Below, piece after piece: positions 22,815 to 34,499 of a stretch of 64,000 nt of DNA; the stretch's first letter is position 1; every line of letters starts with the position of its first letter. Below the pieces are notes generated by a model. The model saw only the letters and a program-made list of their open reading frames with translations, ran no database searches and was not told the DNA's origin. The stretch is taken from the NCBI GenBank assembly GCA_963666315.2, contig CAXXHG010000015.1, positions 64,001-128,000 on the forward strand, given 5' to 3'. Source of the stretch: Candidatus Binatia bacterium (GTDB lineage Bacteria > Desulfobacterota > Binatia > Bin18). The translations under genes were made by a program, and so were the position numbers.

Positions 22815-22884
22815 TGCAGAGCAGCCCTAAAGGCCTCATCCGCGCCGATGACCGGGTAGCCCAAATTCGTTGGGTTCGTCTGGG

Positions 22885-23400
22885 TCATAGTCTCTTCTTC
22901 CCTTCCGTTTTACCGGTTGTGGACCCAGCCCGCTGGGGCCGGGTGCTGTTGGGCAGGGATTCTTCGTGGTAGGCAGCTAAGGAGAGAGTAGTCAGGGTAT
23001 TCTGCACTCCCGGCACGGTATAGACGCAGTCGATCAGGTCTTTCAAAACCCGCGGCGAGGTGACGCGGACCTTGAGCAGGAGACACCACTCTCCAGTCAT
23101 TCTGTAACACTCTTCAATCACCGCGCCCGGACAATTTATACGCAAAAGGGCCGTCGCGGTATCGTCAGACTTCTCACGACATGTTACCCAGACGAAGGCG
23201 GTAAGCGGTTGGCCGAGAGCGCTCCAATCGATCCGGGCGTGATACCCACGGATGACGCTGTGCGCTTCGAGTCGTTTGACTCGCTCATGGACCGCTGGAC
23301 GCGAGAGGGGCACGACGCGCGCCAATTCCTCATGCGTCATGCGACCATTCTGGGCAAGCAAGTGAACAAGCTGTTGGTCTATAGTATCCACAATCTGCAC
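22885..23400 (-). CDS. Lrp/AsnC-family transcriptional regulator
   Basis: DTIDQQLVHLL..NGR HTH, RVKRLE..SVIRGY, RMTGEW. Confidence 0.92.
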   Translation of the reverse strand: MQIVDTIDQQLVHLLAQNGRMTHEELARVVPLSRPAVHERVKRLEAHSVIRGYHARIDWSALGQPLTAFVWVTCREKSDDTATALLRINCPGAVIEECYRMTGEWCLLLKVRVTSPRVLKDLIDCVYTVPGVQNTLTTLSLAAYHEESLPNSTRPQRAGSTTGKTEGKKRL

Positions 23401-23672
23401 CCCCTTCGGATTGTTATGAACGATAGGTCAGAAAGAATGGAATAAAACATTCTAAGAGTCGATACTTTCTATTAAATTCCTGCACTTCGAAGGCACTATA
23501 CCTAATTGAGACGGATTTTCGATAGAGAATGCCGACGAATCGTTAGTGGGAGACGGTGCGTGAGGCGACATCCCAACGCCAATGTCCCTCACGGCCGCCA
23601 AGGTCAGATCTTTCGTCGTGATTTCGGCCGCCACAGTAAACGCGGCGGCCTGTTTTGCTCTACGAGGTTGGC

Positions 23673-24194
23673 TTATTCGCTGTCGTATTGGATGAACGAA
23701 AAGACCTCGTACGGCACGAGGCGGGCGCGGCCGCCAAGAAAAGACAGCTCAATGAGGAATGCGGCTTCGATAATATTTGCTTGTAGTTTTTCGGCAAGCG
23801 TGACCGCGGCCTGCGCAGTGCCGCCAGTCGCTAAAAGATCGTCAATGAGTAAAACGCGGCTGTTGTGCGGAAAAGCGTCCTGGTGAATTTCTAACGTATC
23901 CGTACCATATTCCAGTGCATAGCTGGCTCCAAAGGTCGCAGCCGGTAGTTTACCCGACTTGCGCACAGGGGCGAATCCACAGCCCAGGGCATAGGCTAGG
24001 GCTGAACCAAAGATAAAGCCGCGCGACTCAATGCCAAGAACGATATCGATCCGGTCGCGGTAGCGTTCAGCAAGCTGGTCCACGAGGTCGCGCCACGCCG
24101 GCCCGTTAGCCAGCAACGGGGTAATATCGCGGAACAGTATGCCGGGTTTAGGGAAATCGGGCACTCCGCGGATAAGGGTTTTCAGATCAGACAT
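23673..24194 (-). CDS. apt: Adenine phosphoribosyltransferase
   Basis: DFPKPGILFRDITPLL, IESRGF, LEYG, DDLLATGGT. Confidence 0.96.
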   Translation of the reverse strand: MSDLKTLIRGVPDFPKPGILFRDITPLLANGPAWRDLVDQLAERYRDRIDIVLGIESRGFIFGSALAYALGCGFAPVRKSGKLPAATFGASYALEYGTDTLEIHQDAFPHNSRVLLIDDLLATGGTAQAAVTLAEKLQANIIEAAFLIELSFLGGRARLVPYEVFSFIQYDSE

Positions 24195-24203
24195 ACGCTC
24201 CTC

Positions 24204-24974
24204 CTACGGGTTTCGCGGGTTTCGTGGGTTTCGACTGTACTGTGTCGCATGCCGCACAGCTGGCAGATAATGTATCGGATTGCGCGCGGTTTTACCGCTG
24301 CGGACCTCGAAATGCAAACTGGGTCCATTCACCCGACCCGATTCTCCAACCTCGCCCACGATATCGCTCCGTTGCACCGTTTGGCCCTCTTTGACCAGAT
24401 TGCGGTGATGGTGCGCATAAACGGTCGTGAAACCGTTGGCGTGTTTCATAATCACCACCTTGCCATAACCGCGTAACTCACCACTAAAGATGACGCGCCC
24501 AAGTGCCGCTGCGCGTACGGCTGTCCCAAGCGGAGCCGAGATATCGATGCCATCATGAAAGCTCCCGTTTCGTGGACCGAATCGAGAGGTCAGGTTTCCT
24601 TCGAGCGGCCAACTAAAAAGTTTTCCAGCATCATCTGGAATCGGTGGCTGTACAGGCGGCGGCTTCGATTTCCAGCGTGGCGGCGGCCCGCGTAGCGGGG
24701 AAGGAAGTGTGGCCGTGGCCGTCGTTTCTACAGCTCCACGGTCCAGGGCCCCATGTGGCACACGGAGGCGCTGCCCAGACTGAATCTGGTTGGGATCACG
24801 AATATTATTGAGCGCTGCGAGTTCCTGATACGGAATGCGGTACGCATTCCCGATCTCAGACAGCGTCTCACCTGATCGAACGACGTGATACTTGTACTGG
24901 GTGCGGGAACAGGCAGACACAAAAACCAGCACCCAGAGGAAGACGCCGAGGACCACACCACCCCACAGCGACAC
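24204..24974 (-). CDS. LysM + M23 peptidase lipoprotein (NlpD-like)
   Basis: Lipobox VSAC, LysM domain, HDGID and LHFEVR motifs. Confidence 0.88.
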   Translation of the reverse strand: MSLWGGVVLGVFLWVLVFVSACSRTQYKYHVVRSGETLSEIGNAYRIPYQELAALNNIRDPNQIQSGQRLRVPHGALDRGAVETTATATLPSPLRGPPPRWKSKPPPVQPPIPDDAGKLFSWPLEGNLTSRFGPRNGSFHDGIDISAPLGTAVRAAALGRVIFSGELRGYGKVVIMKHANGFTTVYAHHHRNLVKEGQTVQRSDIVGEVGESGRVNGPSLHFEVRSGKTARNPIHYLPAVRHATQYSRNPRNPRNP

Positions 24975-25034
24975 TGCTTCTTCCCCGTTTCTCCACTAAG
25001 GATCGCTCATAAGGGAGCGTCAACACTAAGAACC

Positions 25035-25063
25035 ATTGTTAGACTCTCGCACGCCTTTGTCAA
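25035..25063 (-). promoter_or_regulatory. Putative sigma70 promoter for the LysM/M23 gene
   Basis: TTGACA-N17-AACAAT on the minus strand. Confidence 0.4.
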
Positions 25064-25098
25064 CAAAAAGGGTACAAGAAAAGAGGAAAGTAGTGCTC

Positions 25099-26109
25099 TC
25101 AATCATATTGAGGAGACTTTGTATTGAATCGATCCAGCCCCAGCGTAGCCCCCAAGCCGATGCAGATGAGCATCAGCACAGAGCCTATCTGGCCAGGGCT
25201 CGGGGTAAAAAATCGGACCGGCCAGTCTTCGACTTCAATCTGTATGCGTGTTTCGGGTGTGACGATCTGTCCTTTGACCATATCCCCCACTTGAGGCTTG
25301 ATACCAGTCTGGAAAGGCCACAGGCCAACCACGGCACCCAGAATCAAGCCCATGAGAACGCCAAGGGTAGCGGTTCGATAGTGTTCCAGCAGCCAACGAA
25401 TGAGATTACTGACACCGACTACGCCGACTACGACCCCAATGCCGACCGGCACAACCACAGCAAGAGCTTCATTCAAGACAGGCCAGTTCAGCCCCGTTTC
25501 CTCGCCCGCTCCGATCAGCCCCATTTTCAGCTTCTCAATACCACTCAGGATGGGAACATATTGGCCGAGCAGAAGCAGGAGATAGCCGCCGGATACGCCT
25601 GGTAGGATCATCGCACTCGCGCCTACCAGACCGGCAATAAAGAGTAAGAACAGTGACCTCTCTTCTTGTCCGACTTGGGCGGTATGACCCAAGGCCACAA
25701 GCACCATCAGCGCAAAGGCCGCACCTGTTCCGACAAAGAAACTCTTGGACACGGGTTGGGCGAGCCGCCAGATCAACGGGACGCCCCCAAGTGTCAGCCC
25801 GATAAACAGGCTATACATGATCCAGCGCTGCTCGATAACCAGGGTCTTCGTCGGTCCGGCCAGCAGAAGAATCGCACTGGCTGCAGCTCCGACAACGGCA
25901 CTCAAAAAGAGGAGAGAAGACGCACGCCAGCGCAACCGGGTCACATCCGCTATTGCGGTAATGAATTCCGTGTAGATTCCGGTCACAAGCAGCATGGTCC
26001 CGCCGCTGACACCAGGCACGAGATTCGCAAGTCCCATGAGCACGCCGCCAGTCGCGACCTGGATAATACTGCTCGGTTTTTCTGTCATACGAGAACGAAC
26101 GAGGAGCAT
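25099..26109 (-). CDS. DUF368 membrane protein (undecaprenyl-phosphate translocase family)
   Basis: Repeated MGLANLVPGVSGGT / AMILPGVSGG motifs; multiple TM segments. Confidence 0.88.
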   Translation of the reverse strand: MLLVRSRMTEKPSSIIQVATGGVLMGLANLVPGVSGGTMLLVTGIYTEFITAIADVTRLRWRASSLLFLSAVVGAAASAILLLAGPTKTLVIEQRWIMYSLFIGLTLGGVPLIWRLAQPVSKSFFVGTGAAFALMVLVALGHTAQVGQEERSLFLLFIAGLVGASAMILPGVSGGYLLLLLGQYVPILSGIEKLKMGLIGAGEETGLNWPVLNEALAVVVPVGIGVVVGVVGVSNLIRWLLEHYRTATLGVLMGLILGAVVGLWPFQTGIKPQVGDMVKGQIVTPETRIQIEVEDWPVRFFTPSPGQIGSVLMLICIGLGATLGLDRFNTKSPQYD

Positions 26110-26133
26110 GCCCTTTCGTTATGAGGCGTCCGC

Positions 26134-27783
26134 TTAGGCCCCGGTTTGGCGGGCAGCGAGCGGCTGAACCTTGGCTGAAGAACGACGTCTGGTACGCCTT
26201 TTATCCTTTTGGAGTTTATATTCCATGCTATCGACTAGCGCCTGCCAGCTGGCTTCTATGACATTCGGCGAAACACCCACAGTGCTCCAGCGGTCGGTCT
26301 CGTCACCAGACTCAATGAGTACCCGAACCGTTGCGCTCGTTCCCTCGCCGCCCCCCAACACGCGGACCTTGTAGTCGTGTAATTCAACGGATTCAAGCTG
26401 AGGATAAAATTTGGTGAGCGCTTTACGTAAGGCACGGTCCAGCGCGTTGACCGGACCATTGCCCTGGGCGGCGGTATGTTCCACCTGCCCATCCGGCCCC
26501 TCGACCATGATCGTGGCCTCGGACAACGGCGGTTCATCCTCTTTGCGCTTTTCATCAATCACCCGAAACCCAATCAGGCGGAAATGGCGGACTTTGCCGT
26601 TGAGCGCCCGGCGCATCAGAAGTTCGAATGACGCTTCTGCTCCCTCGTATTGAAAGCCGGCGTTTTCGAGCTGTTTGACCTCATCCAGAATTTTCTTGAC
26701 CGCTGGATCCGTACTCTTCACATCAAGTCCAAATTGTTTCGCCTTGTAGACGACATTACTTCGCCCGGACAAGTCGGAGACCAACACGCGCTGCGTATTG
26801 CCTATCAATTCAGGGTCAATGTGCTCGTAGGTCTCTCTATTCTTTTGTACCGCAGCCACATGCAGTCCGCCTTTGTGGGCAAAAGCGCTGACGCCCACAT
26901 AGGCTTGACGTTTATCAGGCTCAATATTCGCCAGTTCGTAGACCAGCCGCGAAAGATGGGCCAGCTGTTTGAGCTGACTCGGGCTCACACACCGGTAGCC
27001 GAGTTTGAGCTGCAAATTAGGGATTACCGAACACAGGTTGGCGTTCCCGCAGCGCTCACCAAAGCCGTTAATCGTGCCCTGCACATGGACCGCCCCGCTC
27101 TGGACGCCGGCCAAAGAGTTCGCTACCGCCAGTTCACTATCGTTATGGCAATGAATCCCAAACTGAACCTCACCGGCCTGGAGAGCGACGTGGGCTTGGA
27201 CAGCAGCCTGCATGCCGTGTGTAATATCGGCGGGCATGCTCCCGCCGCGCGTATCACACAATACCAGGACGTCGGCCCCGGCTTGCGCCGCTACGGTTAA
27301 GCATTCAAGGGCATAACTCGGGTCGGCTTTATAGCCGTCGAAAAAATGCTCAGCATCAAAAATGACTTCATCCACCCGACTTTTGAGATAGGCAATCGAA
27401 TCGCCGATCACTTCCAGGTTCGCCTTTTTTGAGATTCGCAGGTCATCCCGCACGTGCAGGTCCCACGTTTTTCCGACAATGGTCACGACCGGGGTGTCGG
27501 CTTGGAGCAGGAGGCGAATATTGAAATCATCTGCAGCGGTAACCTTAGCCCGGCGGGTTGAACCAAAGGCAGCAATCCGAGCACGTTTGAGCGGCACCTT
27601 TTTAATGGCTCTGAAAAATTCTTCGTCCCGGGGGTTAGAACCTGGCCAACCCCCTTCGATATACTGAATCCCAAACTCGTCCAACTGTTCCGCCACCCGC
27701 AGCTTATCTTCGAGTGTCAATGATACATCTTCAGACTGGCAACCGTCTCTCAGCGTCGTGTCGTATAGGGCAATCTTTTTCAT
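26134..27783 (-). CDS. cimA: Citramalate synthase
   Basis: [51 protein letters not shown]. Confidence 0.93.
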   Translation of the reverse strand: MKKIALYDTTLRDGCQSEDVSLTLEDKLRVAEQLDEFGIQYIEGGWPGSNPRDEEFFRAIKKVPLKRARIAAFGSTRRAKVTAADDFNIRLLLQADTPVVTIVGKTWDLHVRDDLRISKKANLEVIGDSIAYLKSRVDEVIFDAEHFFDGYKADPSYALECLTVAAQAGADVLVLCDTRGGSMPADITHGMQAAVQAHVALQAGEVQFGIHCHNDSELAVANSLAGVQSGAVHVQGTINGFGERCGNANLCSVIPNLQLKLGYRCVSPSQLKQLAHLSRLVYELANIEPDKRQAYVGVSAFAHKGGLHVAAVQKNRETYEHIDPELIGNTQRVLVSDLSGRSNVVYKAKQFGLDVKSTDPAVKKILDEVKQLENAGFQYEGAEASFELLMRRALNGKVRHFRLIGFRVIDEKRKEDEPPLSEATIMVEGPDGQVEHTAAQGNGPVNALDRALRKALTKFYPQLESVELHDYKVRVLGGGEGTSATVRVLIESGDETDRWSTVGVSPNVIEASWQALVDSMEYKLQKDKRRTRRRSSAKVQPLAARQTGA

Positions 27784-29018
27784 AACCGTCGCGCTCGATC
27801 TTCCAACCGGGTTGAAGGGATAAACGCGTCGTGCAGCACCCGTACGGCAAGCTCTGCATACTTGGTGTCAATAATGATCGAGATTTTAATCTCTGAGGTA
27901 GAAATCATCTGAATATTAATACCTTCCTTCGCCAACACTTCGAACATGTGTGCGGCGACCCCGGCGTGGCTACGCATACCCAGCCCGACAATAGAGACTT
28001 TGGCTACTTCGGTATCAAACACCACATCTCCTGCGCCGATCTCCGGGGCGGCGGATCTCACGTGCTGCAGGGCTTTGAGCACATCCCCTTTGGGCACCGT
28101 GAAGGTCATATCCGTCTTGTCGTCAGCGCTCGCGTTCTGGATAATCATATCAACAACAACGTTGTCGCGTGCAATGGGCGTAAACAGCTTAGCCGCTAGG
28201 CCCGGCCGGTCAGGCACGCGTTGCAGGGTAATTTTAGCCTGATCTAAATCAGACGTGACACCCGAGACGATCACCTCTTCCATGCTTTGATCCTCCTGTA
28301 CCAGCCAGGTTCCTTCGTCCGTGGAAAAACTCGACCGGACGTGTACCGGTACCTGATAGCGTTTGGCAAATTCAACCGAGCGGATCTGTAGAACGTTGGC
28401 CCCAAGACTGGCCAGCTCCAGCATCTCGTCGTATGAGATACGCGCAAGCTTGTGGGCATGCGGGCAAATGCGCGGGTCGGCGCTATACACTCCGTCCACA
28501 TCCGTATAGATCTCGCATACATCCGCTTGTGTGGCGGCTGCAATCGCAACGGCGGTCGTATCGGATCCACCCCGCCCCAAAGTGGTAATATTGCCGCACG
28601 CATCAATACCCTGAAAACCGGCTACCACGACGATAACGCCGTCTTTAAGATCGTTCAGCAGCCGTGGTGTCTGTACGTTTTCAATCCGCGCCCGGCCGTA
28701 GGCGTCATCGGTTTCAATCCGGATCTGATGGCCGAGCAGAGAACAAGCAGGATAGCCCAGCTCTTTCAGCGCCATGGCAAGCAGGGCAATGGCGACCTGT
28801 TCACCGCTTGAGACCAGGACGTCACTCTCACGCGCATCCGGCTGCGGGCTGATCTGTCGGGACAGGTCAAGCAGCCGATTGGTCTCACCACTCATCGCCG
28901 AGAGCACGACGGCAACCTGATGGCCCGCGTCTCGCGCAGCCGCGACCCGTTTGGCAACTTCCTGGATCCGCTCAATCGAGCCGACCGAGGTGCCACCGTA
29001 TTTTTGGACAATCAACAT
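27780..29018 (-). CDS. lysC: Aspartate kinase
   Basis: [21 protein letters not shown], two ACT domains. Confidence 0.96.
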   Translation of the reverse strand: MLIVQKYGGTSVGSIERIQEVAKRVAAARDAGHQVAVVLSAMSGETNRLLDLSRQISPQPDARESDVLVSSGEQVAIALLAMALKELGYPACSLLGHQIRIETDDAYGRARIENVQTPRLLNDLKDGVIVVVAGFQGIDACGNITTLGRGGSDTTAVAIAAATQADVCEIYTDVDGVYSADPRICPHAHKLARISYDEMLELASLGANVLQIRSVEFAKRYQVPVHVRSSFSTDEGTWLVQEDQSMEEVIVSGVTSDLDQAKITLQRVPDRPGLAAKLFTPIARDNVVVDMIIQNASADDKTDMTFTVPKGDVLKALQHVRSAAPEIGAGDVVFDTEVAKVSIVGLGMRSHAGVAAHMFEVLAKEGINIQMISTSEIKISIIIDTKYAELAVRVLHDAFIPSTRLEDRARRL

Positions 29019-29059
29019 AGGTTCTATTTGGATTGTATGTGGGCTGTCTCTGCTATTTT

Positions 29060-29536
29060 CTACTCCCGAGTAGGCAGGTGGACAACGAGACGTTCATACT
29101 GTTCCCCGTTCGGCGTCAGGGTCAACATACGATGATCTTTTTCACCGTATTCGAACCCGACCAGAAGGTATTGGTCAATCACATCACCCAGATCACCCGT
29201 AAGAAACTGAAACCACTCGATGACGGCAACGCCCCGCCCGAAGAGATATTCCTCAAACCCCAGCTCTTCCAGCGCAACGCCTTCCAGACGGTAGAGATCA
29301 ATATGGTAGAGGGGAATCCTTCCCCTATAGTGCTCGGTGACAAGAGTAAAGGTCGGACTCACAACCTCCTCGGCTGCGATCCCAAGCCCGGTCGCAATTC
29401 CTTTGACCAAGCAGGTCTTCCCAGCTCCTAAATCTCCACACAAGCCAATGACCATACCGGCCGTCACACACCGGCCGATCTGCTGCCCCAGGCGCAGGGT
29501 CTCTTCAGGTGAGGATGTCTGAATAATCCGCTGCAT
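29060..29536 (-). CDS. tsaE: tRNA threonylcarbamoyladenosine biosynthesis ATPase
   Basis: [24 protein letters not shown]. Confidence 0.93.
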   Translation of the reverse strand: MQRIIQTSSPEETLRLGQQIGRCVTAGMVIGLCGDLGAGKTCLVKGIATGLGIAAEEVVSPTFTLVTEHYRGRIPLYHIDLYRLEGVALEELGFEEYLFGRGVAVIEWFQFLTGDLGDVIDQYLLVGFEYGEKDHRMLTLTPNGEQYERLVVHLPTRE

Positions 29537-31115
29537 GCGGGTCGATCTGTCCTGCCTGACGCACGGCACGCAGTGTGCCTGGAAGGCCTTCAATAACATC
29601 GCGGGCAAGCATCCCGACCTCACCCTGCTCCGCAGCCACAGCGTCTGCGGCCGCTCCATGCAGAAATACACCCAGACAGCATGCCTCTTCGGGTGAATAG
29701 CCTTGGGCAAGAAGACCACCGATGAGACCGGCTAACGCATCCCCCATCCCGCCGCTGGCCATACCGGGATTTCCGGTCGGATTCAGCCACGTCCGCCCGT
29801 CCGGGGCCGCAATAACGGTGCGGGCGCCCTTGAGGATGAGATAGCAGCCATGCTGGACGGCAAAACCCCTCGCGATATCGAGCCGATGAGCCTGAATGTC
29901 CGTTGTCTGTGTTTTGGTCAGACGTGACATTTCACCCGGATGAGGGGTGAGGATAAGTGGCACTTTTGTCGTTTTCAGCATGGACATATCCGCGGCAATG
30001 CAATTGAGACCGTCCGCATCAACCAGGATGGGGACGGTGCTGTTTTTGAGCAGCCAACGCGTCATCCGTTTGGTCTGTGCAGACACGCCGATACCCGGCC
30101 CAAATGCTACGGCGCTTTTCCCTTGCAGCGCTTGGCGCAACGCTTCTTCATTCAGCTTGAGGCTGCCATCTGCAGTCTCAGGCAACGGCGTAGTCATGGC
30201 TTCAAGCAGCACGGAAGAGAAAATCGGTATCAGTCCTTTTGGACCGGCAAGGGTAACGAGACCGGTACCCGTACGCAGCGCTGAAGATGCACACAGGAGG
30301 GCCGCACCACTTTTTCCACGTGCGCCGGCCAAGACAAGCAAATGGCCATAATGACCTTTATGCGCTTCGGGCCGGCGGTCTCGGATGCGAGTCCCCATCT
30401 CCCGGCGCGTCAGCAAAGCCGTTTGTGGGGAGACGGCCAGGACATCTGTGATTGCTTGAGCAGCAATGCCGATATCAACCAGCGCTAAGTGCCCGACAGC
30501 TGTCGTTCCAGGATAGAAAACCTGTCCAAACTTCGGGTAGCCAAATGTCACCGTCAAAGCCGCCTGAACCGTAGCGCCCAAGACCTGCCCGCTATCGGCA
30601 TTGAGTCCGGATGGGATGTCAACCGCAGCAATGCGCACCCCGCGTGCATTCATGAGTTCAATGAGCGCAGCATACAATCCTTTGCCTTGGACCGGACCGT
30701 TTAACCCCGTTCCGAGCAGGGCGTCAATAATGGCATCACACTGTGTCAGGCGTTTTCGAACCACCTCGAGCTGATCGGAAGAAGTGACTTCAGTCACCCT
30801 CCCCCGCAAGCGCAGGAAAGCGCGCAGATTCCGCCGCGCATCGCCGCGAACGTCATCTTTTTTTGCAGCCAGTACGACCTCACACGCTAGCCCCTGCTTT
30901 TTAAGCAAACGGGCCATGACGAAGCCGTCGCCTCCGTTATTGCCCTTGCCCGCTACGACAAGCACGCGTTTGGGCACGGCGCTTCCAAAAAACTCGACAA
31001 AAGCCTGCGCTGCTCCGGTCCCGGCCCGCTCCATAAGGATGTATCCGGGAGTACCGTATTTCTCTATCGTGAGCCGATCAAGCTCACGCATCTGGGCTGC
31101 ACTAACGAGATACAT
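29505..31115 (-). CDS. nnr: Bifunctional NAD(P)H-hydrate epimerase/dehydratase
   Basis: GKGNNGGDG, DIPSG, HKGHYG, TPHPGEM, GGMGDAL. Confidence 0.94.
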   Translation of the reverse strand: MYLVSAAQMRELDRLTIEKYGTPGYILMERAGTGAAQAFVEFFGSAVPKRVLVVAGKGNNGGDGFVMARLLKKQGLACEVVLAAKKDDVRGDARRNLRAFLRLRGRVTEVTSSDQLEVVRKRLTQCDAIIDALLGTGLNGPVQGKGLYAALIELMNARGVRIAAVDIPSGLNADSGQVLGATVQAALTVTFGYPKFGQVFYPGTTAVGHLALVDIGIAAQAITDVLAVSPQTALLTRREMGTRIRDRRPEAHKGHYGHLLVLAGARGKSGAALLCASSALRTGTGLVTLAGPKGLIPIFSSVLLEAMTTPLPETADGSLKLNEEALRQALQGKSAVAFGPGIGVSAQTKRMTRWLLKNSTVPILVDADGLNCIAADMSMLKTTKVPLILTPHPGEMSRLTKTQTTDIQAHRLDIARGFAVQHGCYLILKGARTVIAAPDGRTWLNPTGNPGMASGGMGDALAGLIGGLLAQGYSPEEACCLGVFLHGAAADAVAAEQGEVGMLARDVIEGLPGTLRAVRQAGQIDPHAADYSDILT

Positions 31116-31121
31116 ACTCCC

Positions 31122-32522
31122 TTAGACGGACTCATTTGCACCAAGATGATTGCGAACAGCAGCGGCCACTTCCTCTCCGTAGGAGCGCACGACGTTTTCG
31201 TCTTCGCCCTCAACCATCACGCGCAGCAGCGGCTCTGTGCCAGAGTAGCGTACCAACAGACGGCCGTTGTCACCCAGCGCGTCTGTGACATGCCGCATGA
31301 CTTTCGCCACAGGTTCGATAGTCTGCAGATCCTGTCTCTCGCGGACGCGCACGTTAATTAAAACCTGGGGATAACGGCGCATCACTTGTCTCAGCTCGGA
31401 GAGCGGCTGTTGTTTTTCAATGAGAATCGCCAGGAGCGACAAAAAGGTCACAATCCCATCCCCAGTCGTATTCACATCCAAGAAAATAAGATGACCAGAT
31501 TGTTCACCGCCGAGCGTATACCCCCCACGCAGCATTTCTTCGACAACATAGCGGTCGCCGACCGGGGTGCGCACCAACTGTCCGCCCATTTGCCGTAGCG
31601 CAACCTCCAGACCGAGATTACTCATAACGGTGGCCACTACCGTCTTGTGCGGCAAGGCCTCACTGTTGAGACGTTCTCTAGCGGTAATGGCCAAGAGTAC
31701 ATCACCATCCATGATCTCCCCGGTCTCATCAACAAGAATCGCCCGATCGGCATCCCCGTCTAGGGTAATACCGATGTGCGCGCCCTGCTCCCGCACCAAC
31801 TGTTGCACCCGCTGCGGGTGTAAGGCCCCACACTCGTGGTTAATGTTTTCTCCATCCGGGGCAATCCCAATGGCAGTGACATCGGCCCCAAGCTCTTGCA
31901 GCACTTCCGGCGCGACTTTATACGCGGCTCCATTTGCACAGTCGATGACGACCTTGATCCCGTCGAGAGTGAGGTGACGAGGGAACGCGTTCTTGACAAA
32001 GACATTATAGCGGCCCAGGGCATCATCCACACGCACCGCTTTCCCAACCGCCCCTGCCGTAGGACGCTGGCCGTCGATTTGCTGGCTCAACACGAGGGCC
32101 GATATCTCGTCTTCGACCGCATCAGGTAGTTTTAAACCATCCCGCGAAAAGATCTTTATCCCGTTATCCTGAAACGGATTGTGCGAAGCGGAAATCACGA
32201 CCCCGGCATCGGCACGCAGGCTGCGGGTGAGGAAGGCGATCCCAGGAGTAGGAACGGGCCCGACCAGCAAGACATCTCCGCCCATAGAACACACCCCGGA
32301 GGCCACCGCTGTTTCCAACATATAGCCGGACAGACGGGTGTCTTTTCCAATCAGAATTTTGTGATGTCCGGGGCGATTACGAAAGACATACGGCAGCGCG
32401 CGCCCGACTCGGAGTGCGGTCTCCGACGTCATAGGCTCGATGTTGGCGATTCCGCGTATGCCATCCGTCCCAAATAATCTGGGGTGTTGTATCCCATTTG
32501 CCGTCATGATCTTGTTCCTCAT
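31122..32522 (-). CDS. glmM: Phosphoglucosamine mutase
   Basis: [35 protein letters not shown]. Confidence 0.96.
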   Translation of the reverse strand: MRNKIMTANGIQHPRLFGTDGIRGIANIEPMTSETALRVGRALPYVFRNRPGHHKILIGKDTRLSGYMLETAVASGVCSMGGDVLLVGPVPTPGIAFLTRSLRADAGVVISASHNPFQDNGIKIFSRDGLKLPDAVEDEISALVLSQQIDGQRPTAGAVGKAVRVDDALGRYNVFVKNAFPRHLTLDGIKVVIDCANGAAYKVAPEVLQELGADVTAIGIAPDGENINHECGALHPQRVQQLVREQGAHIGITLDGDADRAILVDETGEIMDGDVLLAITARERLNSEALPHKTVVATVMSNLGLEVALRQMGGQLVRTPVGDRYVVEEMLRGGYTLGGEQSGHLIFLDVNTTGDGIVTFLSLLAILIEKQQPLSELRQVMRRYPQVLINVRVRERQDLQTIEPVAKVMRHVTDALGDNGRLLVRYSGTEPLLRVMVEGEDENVVRSYGEEVAAAVRNHLGANESV

Positions 32523-32645
32523 ATAGTGCGGATCAACACAAAAAGGCGAGCCAGCAAAACAGGAACTGCCTTCTTGCTGCTCACCCTCATCATGAAATCG
32601 ACCAGAAAAGGAAGGGGCTAAAAGAGTAGATCGTGGGGGGCTTTC

Positions 32646-34484
32646 CTAGGCGCGCGCCGGCTCGGGTTCGACCTCGATATCGTACTGCTTGAGAATACCG
32701 TCAATCTCCGTTCCATCCAAGGTCTCTTTTTCCAACAGCGTCTCAGCCACCTTATGCAGGGCCTCTATATGCGTTTGCAGCAGGCCCTTTGCTCGCTCAA
32801 ATGCGGCTCCAATAATGTCTCGAACCTCGGAGTCAATCTCAATTGCTGTTTGTTCGGAATAGTCTCTCGTTTGCGTAAGATCCCGCCCCAAGAAAACCGG
32901 CTCTTCTTTTTTGCCGAAGGTCATAGGGCCAAGGCGTTCGCTCATTCCCCACTCGCAGACCATACGTCGCGCCAACTCGGTCGCCTTCTCGAGGTCATCG
33001 CTCGCGCCTGTCGTGGTATGACCCAGCACCAGCTCTTCTGCAACCCTGCCGCCGAACATGATCGTCAAACGCTTCAGAATATAGTCCTTAGTCCACGTAT
33101 GGCGGTCGTCAACGGGCAGCTGCTGCGTTACGCCTAACGCCATGCCACGCGGAATAATCGTAACTTTATGAACGGGGTCGGTACCAGGCGTCAGTCGCGC
33201 GACTAAGGCGTGGCCGGACTCGTGATACGCGGTATTCCGTCGCTCTTCCAGACTGAGGACCATGCTGCGCCGCTCTGCGCCCATCATGACTTTATCTTTT
33301 GACTGCTCAAAGTCGTCCATCTCGACTTTTTCTTTATCTTTCCGAGCAGCAAGCAACGCGGCTTCATTCACCAGATTTTCGAGATCGGCACCAGAAAATC
33401 CAGGCGTCCCTCTGGCGATTCGGCTGACGTCAACGTGATCGTCCATGGGCACTCGACGTGTATGGACGCGTAAAATCTCCTCCCGGCCACGCACATCCGG
33501 TGATGGGACGACAACGCGGCGATCGAAGCGGCCAGGCCGGAGCAGCGCGGGGTCAAGCACATCAGGTCGGTTTGTTGCCGCGATGAGAATCACGCCTTCG
33601 TTTGCCTCGAAGCCGTCCATCTCGACCAGGAGTTGATTCAAGGTCTGTTCGCGTTCATCGTGGCCGCCACCCAGGCCGGCGCCACGATGCCGCCCGACGG
33701 CATCAATCTCATCGATAAAGATAATACACGGAGCTTGTTTCTTACCCTGGGCGAAGAGGTCACGCACGCGAGAGGCCCCCACGCCGACGAACATCTCGAC
33801 AAAATCAGAGCCGCTAATCGAAAAAAATGGGACACCGGCTTCGCCTGCAATTGCCCGGGCGAGTAACGTCTTGCCCGTACCAGGCGCACCAACCAGCAAC
33901 ACACCTTTTGGGATACGTCCCCCGAGACGGGTAAACTTCTTCGGATCTTTGAGAAAAGCGATGATTTCCTCAAGCTCTTGTTTCGGTTCTTCCACACCGG
34001 CCACATCGCTAAAAGTGACCTTGTGTTCGTTTTCGGTCAGGAGCTTGGCCCGACTTTTTCCGAATGACATGGCTTTGCCGCCGCCCATTTGCATCTGGCG
34101 CATAAAGAAGACCCAGACACCGATGAGCAGCAACATAGGGAACCATTGAATAAGAACCATCACATACCACGGATCGTCGTCTGGGGGTCGAGCGGAGACG
34201 CGTACGCCTTTCTCGCGTAACGTCCGCATGAGATCCGGATCATCTATCGGCGCAAACGTCTTAAAATGCTCATCATTCCGGAATATTCCGCTGATGACCT
34301 GACCCTGAATGAGCACCTCGGAGACTTCTCCCTTTTCAACAGCGGTAAAAAAATCGCTAAAGACGACTTCGGGTTCTCTCGGTCGCTGACGGTTAAAGAG
34401 GTTGAACAGGAGGAGAAACATCAACCCGAGGACTAACCATAGTGCGAAATTAGAAGAAATCTTATTCACTCCGTTACCTTTCAC
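32646..34484 (-). CDS. ftsH: ATP-dependent zinc metalloprotease FtsH
   Basis: Two TM segments, [17 protein letters not shown]. Start could be the GTG at 34469. Confidence 0.97.
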   Translation of the reverse strand: MKGNGVNKISSNFALWLVLGLMFLLLFNLFNRQRPREPEVVFSDFFTAVEKGEVSEVLIQGQVISGIFRNDEHFKTFAPIDDPDLMRTLREKGVRVSARPPDDDPWYVMVLIQWFPMLLLIGVWVFFMRQMQMGGGKAMSFGKSRAKLLTENEHKVTFSDVAGVEEPKQELEEIIAFLKDPKKFTRLGGRIPKGVLLVGAPGTGKTLLARAIAGEAGVPFFSISGSDFVEMFVGVGASRVRDLFAQGKKQAPCIIFIDEIDAVGRHRGAGLGGGHDEREQTLNQLLVEMDGFEANEGVILIAATNRPDVLDPALLRPGRFDRRVVVPSPDVRGREEILRVHTRRVPMDDHVDVSRIARGTPGFSGADLENLVNEAALLAARKDKEKVEMDDFEQSKDKVMMGAERRSMVLSLEERRNTAYHESGHALVARLTPGTDPVHKVTIIPRGMALGVTQQLPVDDRHTWTKDYILKRLTIMFGGRVAEELVLGHTTTGASDDLEKATELARRMVCEWGMSERLGPMTFGKKEEPVFLGRDLTQTRDYSEQTAIEIDSEVRDIIGAAFERAKGLLQTHIEALHKVAETLLEKETLDGTEIDGILKQYDIEVEPEPARA

Positions 34485-34499
34485 CCACGCGTATTCAAG

